From: Obrimoposthia wandeli
Taxonomy: Eukaryota
NCBI GenBank assembly: GCA_977020255.1
Contig: CDROCS010000095.1
Span: forward strand, 1 to 64,000
DNA length: 64,000 nucleotides
Direction: 5' to 3'
The translations under genes were made by a program, and so were the position numbers. Below, piece after piece: positions 1-8,449 of this stretch (the stretch's first letter is position 1; each line of letters opens with the position of its first letter). The notes beneath the pieces are model-generated. The model was not told where the DNA came from. It ran no database searches and was given only the letters and a program-made list of their open reading frames with translations.

Positions 1-2
1 TG

Positions 3-479
3 TTACGTATTAAACACGTTAGTTAGGGCGTCTGTAGTGGCTAATAAAAACAGTTCTTCAGACATCTCGGTTAAACGTGATTCGGCATCTTTTTTATCAG
101 TAATGTCGGTGGCGATCATAACGATGCAATTATCTTGAACGAGCTGCTCAGAAATTTGAAACCAGCGGCCATCATGTAAATCAATTTCAAAACGACGGTA
201 TTTCTGGCTGCGCCTTTTGTTGCTCGCGTATACTAACCAAGTGTCTAAATCATCTGTATTAATGATGAGCCCAGTTTTTGTCTGGTAGCAGTGAGTAGCC
301 ATTTGATTAAAGGTTTTGCCATGCAAATAACGACAGTCTGTGATGCCATACATCTGGGCAACCATCTTATTGCAGAAAATAATCTGATCCTTACCATCAA
401 ATACCATGATTCCGTTCATTGTATCGATTATAAATTCAGAAAATATCGCTTTTAATTGATTCGAATAATTTTTAGACAT
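3..479 (-). CDS. PAS-fold sensor, N-terminal part of a probable diguanylate cyclase; frame ends just at the start of the GGDEF domain
   Basis: PAS-like motifs (DTMNGIMVFD..IIFCN, DGRWFQISE, ATDITDKK), then ELFLLATTDALTNVFN, the typical linker into GGDEF domains, then a TAA at 3-5. Confidence 0.7.
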   Translation of the reverse strand: MSKNYSNQLKAIFSEFIIDTMNGIMVFDGKDQIIFCNKMVAQMYGITDCRYLHGKTFNQMATHCYQTKTGLIINTDDLDTWLVYASNKRRSQKYRRFEIDLHDGRWFQISEQLVQDNCIVMIATDITDKKDAESRLTEMSEELFLLATTDALTNVFNT

Positions 480-622
480 GCTTCTGTGCTAATAATGATC
501 GCTGTATAATATATGAACACTTTTTACCTACTGCTGCAATTAGGTTTTGGGTCTTACTGGCTTTAGCTTAGGCAGTAATGGGGGAAAGGCCAAGTCCATG
601 GCTTTTCTGCAGCGTTCATAGG

Positions 623-1414
623 CTAAGCATCACGGCAAACTTCATCAGGCCATTCAAACTCAATCGTAGTATGTTCCAGTTTAAACTCAGCCAGTTGCTG
701 CTTAATGTCTAATTTAAGCGCTTCTTGCTGCGTAATATCCAAGTATTCTTCTAGCGATAAATGCACCGTAAGTACGTGAGATTCGCCGTCTAGGGACCAT
801 AAGTGAAAGTGATGTAGATCTGCGACAAAGTTAAGTTTCAGTAAGGTCTGTTTCACTTTGTCTGCTAAGCCCGTATCGGGACTGGATTGGGCAAAAAGTT
901 TGAGCGTAGTCCATAAATTACGGGCAACGTTCACTAAAATGAAGAGTGTGAAAGCGATGGAAAGTAATGGATCGAGTATCGGAACTTCAGCAAACATAAG
1001 TACAATCGATACGATTAATACCGCGACCCAGCCCAACACATCTTCTAACAAGTGCCAGTTTAATACGCGTTCGTTTAAGCTTTCTCCGCCACTGAGTTTG
1101 TAAGCCGCAAAACCATTTACACAGACGCCAAATATCGCTAATAGAATCATGCCTTCAGCTTCTGGCATAACAGGATTGAAGAGTCGCGGGATGGCTGCTG
1201 TCATTACCCAAATCGATCCTATAATAAGGACTAGGCCGTTCAGTAACGCACCGAATAAAGATAAGCGGCGAAAGCCATAGCTGAATTCATTGTTGGCTTG
1301 TTTTTTCCCCAGTTTATTCAGTACCCAAGCACTGCCGATTGATAGTGTATCGCCTAGATCGTGTACGGCGTCTGACATGATCGCGGTACTGTTGGTTAGC
1401 CAGCCGCCAATAAA
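623..1414 (-). pseudogene. CDF (cation diffusion facilitator, CzcD/ZitB-like) exporter copy 1, 5'-truncated (lacks His-rich N-terminus and TM1)
   Basis: SDAVHD, SYGFRR, WHLLED and HHFHLWSLDG motifs; similarity to the copy at 5558-6504 stops abruptly at about 1414. Confidence 0.8.
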
Positions 1415-1586
1415 AACTAATAGGACCCAAGATAATGGCAAAGCAAAAATATAATAATGCCTTAAGATGGATGTCCATGTAGTTACAGTAAAATTAGGGT
1501 GTTTGTAAGGTACTGAAAGCTAGGGGGATTTCAATGATTTGGAATATGCGTTAGTTATGCGAACAGGCTAGTATTCTGATAATAAA

Positions 1587-1615
1587 TTGACAAAAGCGAA
1601 CGCTAAATATAGTGT
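1587..1615 (+). promoter_or_regulatory. Candidate sigma70 promoter (Pc-like) upstream of the cassette array
   Basis: TTGACA at 1587-1592, 17-bp spacer, TAGTGT at 1610-1615. Confidence 0.4.
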
Positions 1616-1692
1616 TTCCAGTATCAATAGCAGGGATGGTCGTATGATTCATAAGCCAAATTCTCTTCATTCGTCTTTCCCATTTATAAGGG

Positions 1693-1729
1693 GTTATGCG
1701 GCATTGGTTCGCATAACTGACTGTTAAGA
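1693..1729 (+). mobile_element. Candidate integron attI-like recombination site
   Basis: GTTATGC (1693-1699), inverse box GCATAAC (1711-1717), 5-bp spacer TGACT, core GTTAAGA (1723-1729) directly before the first cassette ORF. Confidence 0.55.
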
Positions 1730-1747
1730 GGCATCAAGGATTGAGTA

Positions 1748-2011
1748 ATGAAAATATTCCAGTGGTTTAAAGCAATGACTTTTGAAGGAAAGATAAAAAA
1801 AGAAATTTCTTCTATTTCTGCCGAGAATGGAAAGTTGGAGGTTCAGCTTCTCGATAAGAAAATTAATGGTGAGGATGCTTATCGTATTAATCTGACTAGA
1901 ACTTCAATTGCTTCATTTCAGTCTTTACCAATTGTTTTGTCTAGTAGCCAAATAAAAGAGCTTACTAATTCAATATTTCGAGAGCTAGAGCATAATGATA
2001 CAAACTCTTAA
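1748..2011 (+). CDS. Hypothetical protein, gene cassette 1 (87 aa)
   Basis: AT-rich ORF 18 nt after the core site GTTAAGA; its stop codon lies inside the matching inverse core TCTTAAC. Confidence 0.7.
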   Translation: MKIFQWFKAMTFEGKIKKEISSISAENGKLEVQLLDKKINGEDAYRINLTRTSIASFQSLPIVLSSSQIKELTNSIFRELEHNDTNS

Positions 2012-2072
2012 CATTCGTGATCGTGCCTACGGCACTGGGACGCTTTCGCGCCCCACAATATTGGCGTTAGGC
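2006..2072 (+). mobile_element. attC site 1 (67 bp)
   Basis: TCTTAAC ... GTTAGGC with internal hairpins GTGCC-TAC-GGCAC and GGGACGC-TTTC-GCGCCCC; the inverse core is the exact complement of the upstream core at 1723. Confidence 0.75.
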
Positions 2073-2082
2073 AGCATTTATT

Positions 2083-2535
2083 ATGGATCGTAGATATAAA
2101 AAAAGGATTGAACGTTATTGGTCCGAGATGGAAAATAAAGCAATTGGTTATTTTGACAATTTAGACTTATCTAGTTGGTTTGATTACGCTCACTGCCATC
2201 TAGACTGGATAGGGAAAGGAGACTCCCGCCCAGAAAATCGAGTTACGTGCTTAGAATTGGGATATAAAATATTCCAACTTTCTTTGAGTAAATGTGAAAC
2301 CGCAAAAATTGATATTCAATCTTGGTGGTCTGTACACGAAGAATCCTATGGTGATGCAATATACCTTCATTCTGAAAATGATAATGGAACCCCATATCCT
2401 TACAATTATGACGGTATCGTATGGAACACAAAAGAGAACGAATTACTTACGAATATTGTTGATTTATCTTTATACAAAATTGGCGTAATAAAAAATTCTT
2501 ATGGTACAACTTTTATTGTTGCGAAAAATGCCTAA
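2083..2535 (+). CDS. Hypothetical protein, gene cassette 2 (150 aa)
   Basis: ORF starts 10 nt after core GTTAGGC; stop inside inverse core GCCTAAC; conserved-looking WFD..H.HLDW.GKG and DAIYLH..N motifs of unknown function. Confidence 0.75.
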   Translation: MDRRYKKRIERYWSEMENKAIGYFDNLDLSSWFDYAHCHLDWIGKGDSRPENRVTCLELGYKIFQLSLSKCETAKIDIQSWWSVHEESYGDAIYLHSENDNGTPYPYNYDGIVWNTKENELLTNIVDLSLYKIGVIKNSYGTTFIVAKNA

Positions 2536-2577
2536 CAAAAGTTGCTGGTTCAGCCCCTCACAACAAAAACGTTAAGC
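2530..2577 (+). mobile_element. attC site 2, short (48 bp), probably internally deleted
   Basis: GCCTAAC ... GTTGCTGG / TCACAAC (L-box pair with one extra base) ... 6-bp spacer AAAAAC ... GTTAAGC. Confidence 0.6.
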
Positions 2578-2586
2578 CGTAAAACT

Positions 2587-3072
2587 ATGAAGCGAGTATC
2601 GAGTCCAAAAAAGTACAACGCCACCCTTAATGACTATTTGAGAGAGGTTTATTGTATTTGCCCTAAGTGTGGCGGGAATGCAGTAATAACTGCGGATTCA
2701 AAGCACGCCGTACCTTGGCAGCCACTTAATGTGTCGTTAATTTGCCACAACTGCCCTCACAGAGAAAGCTGGCCAAACTCCAGCTGGCAAAGTGATTTTG
2801 TAAATTACAATCCAGCAAGTGGTGTCGAGCCATATTTTGGTTATACCTTGTCACTTCAAATATCAATCAAGGGGCAAAGCTTTTGTGTGTTCAGCCCAGT
2901 CCACGCTAAAGATATCGCAGAGTACATAGCTGCCACTGATAGGCCGTCACCAGCCAACTCAAAGTGGGCAATGGTTAACCGGTTACCAACATGGGTAAAG
3001 CTCGCAAAAAACAGAAGCGTAGTTTTGCGTTCTATTGAAAAATTAACTAGTCATGCAGCACGTATGGCTTAA
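2587..3072 (+). CDS. Zinc-ribbon (CxxC...CxxC) hypothetical protein, gene cassette 3 (161 aa)
   Basis: CPKC and CHNC pairs, EPYFG and RLPTWVKLAKNR motifs; ATG at 2587 follows core GTTAAGC; stop inside inverse core GCTTAAC. Confidence 0.75.
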   Translation: MKRVSSPKKYNATLNDYLREVYCICPKCGGNAVITADSKHAVPWQPLNVSLICHNCPHRESWPNSSWQSDFVNYNPASGVEPYFGYTLSLQISIKGQSFCVFSPVHAKDIAEYIAATDRPSPANSKWAMVNRLPTWVKLAKNRSVVLRSIEKLTSHAARMA

Positions 3073-3130
3073 CAAGTTTAGGCAAACGAGCGCGATAAAG
3101 CAGCGCCCCAAAAGTGAAGGTTTAAGAAAT
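3067..3130 (+). mobile_element. Degenerate attC site 3 (inverse core intact, right end decayed)
   Basis: GCTTAAC at 3067-3073 is the exact complement of the core at 2571; GCGCCCC motif shared with attC1; no canonical GTTRRRY end. Confidence 0.4.
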
Positions 3131-3232
3131 GCTGTGCAATGAAATTATTAGCCAATAAATTCAGTGTGCAGTTGATGGAGGATTTGAGTGCTTTGAACAA
3201 ATAATTAAAATAAAAGAGATGCTTAAGGCCTT

Positions 3233-3709
3233 ATGAATACAGAAGCACTTGTCATTAAATTAGAGGCTGATTTTCCGTTTGTTGACAAACCAATAGGTAG
3301 CTCCATTTCTTTTCATGCAGATGAGTGTTACCAATGCTCGTATTTAATAGATGATCTTTTAATTTATAATGGTAGAGAAATTCCGCCTCAAGCTATTAGA
3401 TGTATACATCAGGAAATGTCTTGTTTTTCAGCTAAAGGATGGCGCTGGGTGTTACCTTCATACTTGAGGTATTGCCTGACTGATGAGGCTAGATGCAATA
3501 AAATGGAGATAGAGTTTTTAATTTATAATCTTGCTCCTTCTGATGAGTGTAAAGCAGATACTCTTAAGCGCCTTTCTGACTTGAATAAATCTCAAGTTAA
3601 CTGTTTGATTGAATTTCTTAACTGGTGCAAAGAACAAGAGTATTGGAAAGATTATTGTTTAGAAGAAATTGAACAAGGGATTATGTTTCTAATTTCGATT
3701 GATATATAG
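3233..3709 (+). CDS. Hypothetical protein resembling the DUF6714 family (158 aa)
   Basis: AT-rich ORF with a FSAKGWRWVLPSYLRYCL motif; family resemblance from recall, not a search. Confidence 0.55.
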   Translation: MNTEALVIKLEADFPFVDKPIGSSISFHADECYQCSYLIDDLLIYNGREIPPQAIRCIHQEMSCFSAKGWRWVLPSYLRYCLTDEARCNKMEIEFLIYNLAPSDECKADTLKRLSDLNKSQVNCLIEFLNWCKEQEYWKDYCLEEIEQGIMFLISIDI

Positions 3710-3819
3710 AAAATATTTTTTAAATCAATATAAGTTAATAGCAAAAAAGGTTTCGAGCTATACACAAGAGCGAAGGCACGAAAAAATACTAAACCAAAAT
3801 GTTAGACAAGGAGCGTTTC

Positions 3820-4590
3820 ATGAACAGAGTTGAAAATAAAGTAGCCGTAGTCACTGGCGGTATCAGTGGCATCGGCCGAGCAACGTCTGTGTTATTGGCA
3901 CAAGAAGGGGCGAAGGTTGCGGTGGTCGATCTCAGCGAAGAGGGCGCTCAAGACTTGATAAACGAGATTGAAAGTTTTGGCGGAACCGCTAAGTTTTGGC
4001 AACTGGATACTACGCAAGAGCAAAATGTGAGTCGTGTTTTTGCAGAGATAGTCCATGAGTTTGGCCAGATTGATGTGTTGGTTAATAACGCGGGTATTGC
4101 GGGGGTTAATAAGCCTACTCATGAAATAGCGGAAGATGAATGGGACAGCGTTATGAACATTAATGTTAAGGGTGTGTTTTTATGCAGCAAGCATGCGATC
4201 CCCTACATGTTGAAGTCTGGCGGTGGCAGCATTATTAACATGTCGTCTGTTTATGGTCTTATTGGCGCGGGTGATCTTCCTCCGTACCATGCCGCTAAGG
4301 GAGCGGTGCGTTTGATGAGTAAGAACGATGCGATTCTTTATGCGAAAGATAAAATCAGGGTTAACTCAGTGCATCCTGCGTATATCTGGACGCCACTGGT
4401 CGAGGCGCTAGCAAAAGAGTCTGCCGAGGGTGTTGAGGCCTTTAGAAAGCAGCTTGATAGTTGTCATCCTATTGGTCATGTCGGTGAGCCGAACGATATT
4501 GCTTATGGTGTTTTGTATTTGGCGTCTGATGAATCTAAATTTGTTACGGGCAGTGAGCTGGTGATTGATGGAGGGTATACTGCGCAATGA
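3820..4590 (+). CDS. Classical SDR-family NAD(P)-dependent oxidoreductase
   Basis: TGGISGIG Rossmann motif, NNAG, YHAAK catalytic motif, VNSVHP; SD AAGGAG before ATG 3820. Confidence 0.92.
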   Translation: MNRVENKVAVVTGGISGIGRATSVLLAQEGAKVAVVDLSEEGAQDLINEIESFGGTAKFWQLDTTQEQNVSRVFAEIVHEFGQIDVLVNNAGIAGVNKPTHEIAEDEWDSVMNINVKGVFLCSKHAIPYMLKSGGGSIINMSSVYGLIGAGDLPPYHAAKGAVRLMSKNDAILYAKDKIRVNSVHPAYIWTPLVEALAKESAEGVEAFRKQLDSCHPIGHVGEPNDIAYGVLYLASDESKFVTGSELVIDGGYTAQ

Positions 4591-4623
4591 TTTAATGGCA
4601 CCAAAAAAATAGGAAGTGGAGCA

Positions 4624-5548
4624 ATGGTAAACCAAAAACAAGCGATGTTATTCGGGTTGGCTGCTGTATTGCTATGGTCGACGGTTGCCACGGCTTTTAA
4701 GTTGTCACTGCGCGAATTTTCTCCGATTCAGTTATTGGTGGTCGCGTGTTCTGCTTCGGTTGTCGTTATCGCGACTATTTTAATTGTGCAAGGTCGCTGG
4801 CATTTGGTTTTTTCGCTGAGTCGTGGCCAGTATTTGCAATCGCTTGGCATGGGGTTGATTAATCCGTGCCTGTATTATTTTCTATTATTTGGTGCGTTTG
4901 ATCGTTTGCCCGCCCAAGAAGCGCAACCGTTGAATTATACGTGGGCGTTGGTATTGGCTTATTTGTCGGTGCCTTTTTTGGGTCAGCGTTTGCGACGGGC
5001 GGATATTATTGCGGGGCTGATTTGTTACAGCGGCGTCGTTGTTAAGTACTGAGTGTGATGTGCTGGCAATGCTTTTCTGATCCTCGCGTTGGCCAGCTGC
5101 TAGTACGTTTGTTTGGGCATCTTATTGGATTATTGCGACGCGCGATACCCGTGACCCTGTGGTGGGGTTGTTTTTGAATTTTCTTTGCGGATTACCTTTC
5201 CTTATTGCTTTTTGTGCATTTACCGACGGTTTTGATTTTACGGTGGGGGCAAGTTTGGGCGCTGCGGTGTATGTGGGTATATTCGAAATGGGAATTGCGT
5301 TTGTGCTTTGGTCTTATGCGATGAAAAAGGCTGACAATACATCGAAGGTGAGTAATTTGATTTTTATCTCGCCGTTTTTATCACTAGTGTTTATTTATTT
5401 TATTCTTGGCGAGATCATTCTTTTGTCGACTTATGTTGGGCTGGTGCTGATTATGGCCGGGCTTTGGGTTCAGCAGCGCGGCCCGAAAGATCAGGGGTTA
5501 ACAGAAGACATGCCAGTTAAAAAGCATGTCGACGTTGAATCGTTATAA
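4624..5548 (+). pseudogene. EamA/DMT-family transporter, frame broken around 5040-5100 (pseudogene or sequence error)
   Basis: N-half LLWSTVATAFKLSL..AQEAQPLNYTW and C-half FEMGIAFVLWSYAMK..VSNLIFISPFLSL lie in different ORFs, separated by an indel-rich patch. Confidence 0.8.
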
Positions 5549-5557
5549 CGACATTTT

Positions 5558-6504
5558 TTAATGGGCATCTCTGCACATCTCGTCAGGCCATTCAAACTCA
5601 ATGGTTGTGTGTTCCAGCTTAAATTCTTCTAGTTGGTACTTTATTTTTTCTTTAAATTCTATTTGTTGTTGGGTATTTAAGGTTTCTTGTAATGTCAGGT
5701 GCACTGTTAATACATGAGACTCGCCGTCTAATGACCAAAGATGGAAATGATGTAAATCTGAAACACAATTAAGTGCTAATAAAGCCTGTCTTACATTCTC
5801 TGATAAGTCTGAATCGGGTGTCGATTGGGCAAACAGTTTTAATGTTGTCCATAAGTTACGAGCGACATTCACTAAGATGAAAAGTGTGAAAGCGATGGAA
5901 AGTAATGGATCGAGTATCGGAACTTCAGCAAACATAAGTACAATCGATACGATTAATACCGCCACCCAGCCCAGTACATCTTCTAACAAGTGCCAGCCGC
6001 ATCACACGTTCGTTTGGCCCGCCACCGGAGTTTTGTAGCCGCAAAACCATTTACACAGACGCCAAATATCGCTAATAGAATCATGCCTTCAGCTTCTGGC
6101 ATAACAGGATTGAAGAGTCGCGGGATGGCTGCTGTCATTACCCAAATCGATCCTATAATAAGGACTAGGCCGTTCAGTAACGCACCGAATAGGGATAAGC
6201 GGCGAAAGCCATAGCTGAATTCGTTATTAGCCTGTTTTTTACCCAGCTTGTTCAGCACCCAGGCGCTGCCGATCGAAAGGGTATCGCCTAAATCGTGTAC
6301 GGCGTCTGACATAATCGCGGTACTGTTGGTTAGCCAGCCGCCAATGAATTCGATAATGGTGAAGGCGAAGTTAAGGAAGAAGGCCCAGCCAATGCGGTTT
6401 GAACTCATATCCTTTGTGTGCGAATGGGTATGCGAGTGGGGATGTGAGTGGCTATGAGACTTACTGTGTGAATGGTCGTGGGGTGTATTACTTGAAGTGC
6501 TCAT
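5558..6504 (-). pseudogene. CDF metal exporter copy 2 with His-rich N-terminus, net 4-nt deletion at about 5997-6037
   Basis: HDHSHSKSHSHSHPHSHTHSH N-terminus; the two halves are in different frames; offset to copy 1 changes from 4938 to 4934 across the patch. Confidence 0.8.
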
Positions 6505-6700
6505 GATCTAAAACTCGGTATTTATCATTAAGTTGTATTGTTTGTATTCGCTAAGGCACTGACTGCAACTACTATTCATAAGATTAATAGATATTCAGTA
6601 TTACAAATCATTTCATTCATGACTCTGCTCTGGTTAGCATCCGTTATCGATAAAGTTTAAAGATTACAGACTGAGTTTACACAAGGCGAGGGATTTGACG

Positions 6701-7945
6701 ATGGATTTTGAATTAAGCCCAAAAGCAAAAGATTACGTTAAAAGAACCAAGGCGTTTATAAAAGAACACATCGAGCCGATGGAAGCTGATTTCTGGGCCG
6801 ATGTAAATGCCAAGCAGAATCACGGTGATTGGACAAAGTGGGAAGTGCCAGCGATTGTTGGTGAGCTAAAAGCGAAAGCGAAAGCTGCAGGCCTTTGGAA
6901 CATGTTCTTGCCTGATGATAAATTGGGTGCTGGCTTAAGCATCATGGAATATGCCTCTGTGGCCGAAGAAACGGGTCGCAGTATTTTAGCGCCGATGATT
7001 TTTAACTGTAATGCCCCAGATACTGGCAATATGGAACTCTTATGGCGTTATGGCTCTGAAGAGCAAAAAGCTCAGTGGTTAACGCCTCTGCTTGAAGGTG
7101 ATATTCGTTCAGTATTCTGTATGACAGAGCCTGATGTTGCGTCATCTGATGCGACCAATATGGCTGCAACCGCGGTGGTTGACGGCGATCAGGTTATTCT
7201 TAATGGCACTAAGTGGTGGTCGAGCGGTATTGGTGATCCACACTGCAAGGTCGGTATTTTTATGGCTAGTACCCCAGATGAGAGCAAAGACCGCCATCAT
7301 CAGCATTCTATGGTCTTAGTGCCACTTGATACGCCAGGAGTCGAAATTGTACGAATGCTGCCTGTATTTGGTGCTTATGATGCACCGCATGGCCATGGTG
7401 AAGTTAAATTCACGGATGTACGTTTGCCGGTATCAAGCTTTATCAGCGGCCCTGGTATGGGCTTTGAAATTGCCCAAGGTCGTTTAGGACCTGGTCGTAT
7501 TCATCATTGCATGCGTTGCTTAGGCGCAGCTGAAAAGTCAGTAGAGTTGATGGTTGATCGTGGTATGCAACGTACAGCCTTTCATAAGCCAATTATGAAG
7601 TTGGGTGGTAATGCTGAACGTTTAGCCGAAGCCCGTATTGCGATTGATCAGGCGCGCTTGTTAACCTTATTTGCAGCGTGGAAAATGGATAAAGTTGGGG
7701 CGTTAAACGCCATGACTGAAATCTCGGCGATTAAGGTCGTTGCGCCTAATGTTTTGCAGAAGGTGGTTGATGATGCGATTCAGATTCATGGTGGAGCAGG
7801 TGTCAGTCAAGATACTCCATTAACGGCTTTCTTTATGCAGGCGCGTTCTTTGCGTTTGGCTGATGGTCCTGATGAAGTGCATAAAGGTGTGATTGCTCGT
7901 ATTGAACTCGCTAAGCGTGGGTTCTTCAGTAAAAAGAGAAAGTAA
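6701..7945 (+). CDS. Acyl-CoA dehydrogenase (ACAD10/11-like subfamily)
   Basis: GLWNMFLP, FNCNAPDTGNME, MTEPDVASSDATN, AQGRLGPGRIHHCMR and LRLADGPDEVH motifs. Confidence 0.95.
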   Translation: MDFELSPKAKDYVKRTKAFIKEHIEPMEADFWADVNAKQNHGDWTKWEVPAIVGELKAKAKAAGLWNMFLPDDKLGAGLSIMEYASVAEETGRSILAPMIFNCNAPDTGNMELLWRYGSEEQKAQWLTPLLEGDIRSVFCMTEPDVASSDATNMAATAVVDGDQVILNGTKWWSSGIGDPHCKVGIFMASTPDESKDRHHQHSMVLVPLDTPGVEIVRMLPVFGAYDAPHGHGEVKFTDVRLPVSSFISGPGMGFEIAQGRLGPGRIHHCMRCLGAAEKSVELMVDRGMQRTAFHKPIMKLGGNAERLAEARIAIDQARLLTLFAAWKMDKVGALNAMTEISAIKVVAPNVLQKVVDDAIQIHGGAGVSQDTPLTAFFMQARSLRLADGPDEVHKGVIARIELAKRGFFSKKRK

Positions 7946-7979
7946 AAAACGCGAGTGATGGTTGCTGCGTTTTCTCAAC

Positions 7980-8013
7980 CGCTTAAATGTTAGTATCTGC
8001 TAACGTTTAAGCG
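7980..8013. terminator. Stem-loop downstream of the acyl-CoA dehydrogenase gene
   Basis: CGCTTAAA-T-GTTAG / CTAAC-G-TTTAAGCG inverted repeat with a 6-nt loop. Confidence 0.45.
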
Positions 8014-8318
8014 ATTATTCTATAAGCCCCTCCCCATTTTTTGCTATCATACTCAGTCCTGAGTGTGAGTATTCACTCTAACTAAGTCATTAAGTTAGTT
8101 AGTGACCACTTATCTATAACAAAAATGTCTAAACCAATTTCCATTAATAAGTTAGCTTTCACTAACTTAAGAGATTACTTTAACTTATATCCCCAGAGCC
8201 ACGGGTGATAAGAGTTTTCCACAACAAATTTTTTACAGTTTTGACTACCTTGGCAGGAATAGTCGCTAAGTCCTTGTGAACCAACGCAAATTTTCACATA
8301 TCCACAGCGTTTATCACC

Positions 8319-8347
8319 TTGCAAAACCGCCCTAGCGTTTCTATAGT
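8319..8347 (+). promoter_or_regulatory. sigma70 promoter of the dcw operon
   Basis: TTGCAA (8319-8324), 17 bp, TATAGT (8342-8347). Confidence 0.75.
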
Positions 8348-8390
8348 GTGCACTAGTGGAATAAAGTGGGTAAAAGTGGGTTTTTGTAGT
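8345..8390 (+). promoter_or_regulatory. MraZ operator: direct repeats with 10-bp phasing
   Basis: GTGTG 8346, GTGGA 8356, GTGGG 8366, GTGGG 8376, GTAGT 8386; MraZ is known to bind such repeats at its own promoter. Confidence 0.75.
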
Positions 8391-8449
8391 AAATTTGTAT
8401 TAAAAATCTTACTTAAAGCCTGGCTCAAACTTTTGGGGAAGGAATACCG

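Noticed and set aside
1441-1690. Integron integrase or LexA box upstream of the attI-like site
   Set aside because: No long minus-strand ORF or tyrosine-recombinase motif, and no CTGT-N8-ACAG found
6410-6480. 6-bp period repeats as a VNTR or CRISPR
   Set aside because: Explained by the His-rich (HS/HT/HP)n coding tail of the CDF; no repeat-spacer array anywhere in the window
7946-8449. rnpB (RNase P RNA), which precedes mraZ in Pseudomonas
   Set aside because: The region is AT-rich and lacks the conserved GAGGAAAGTCC and related helices
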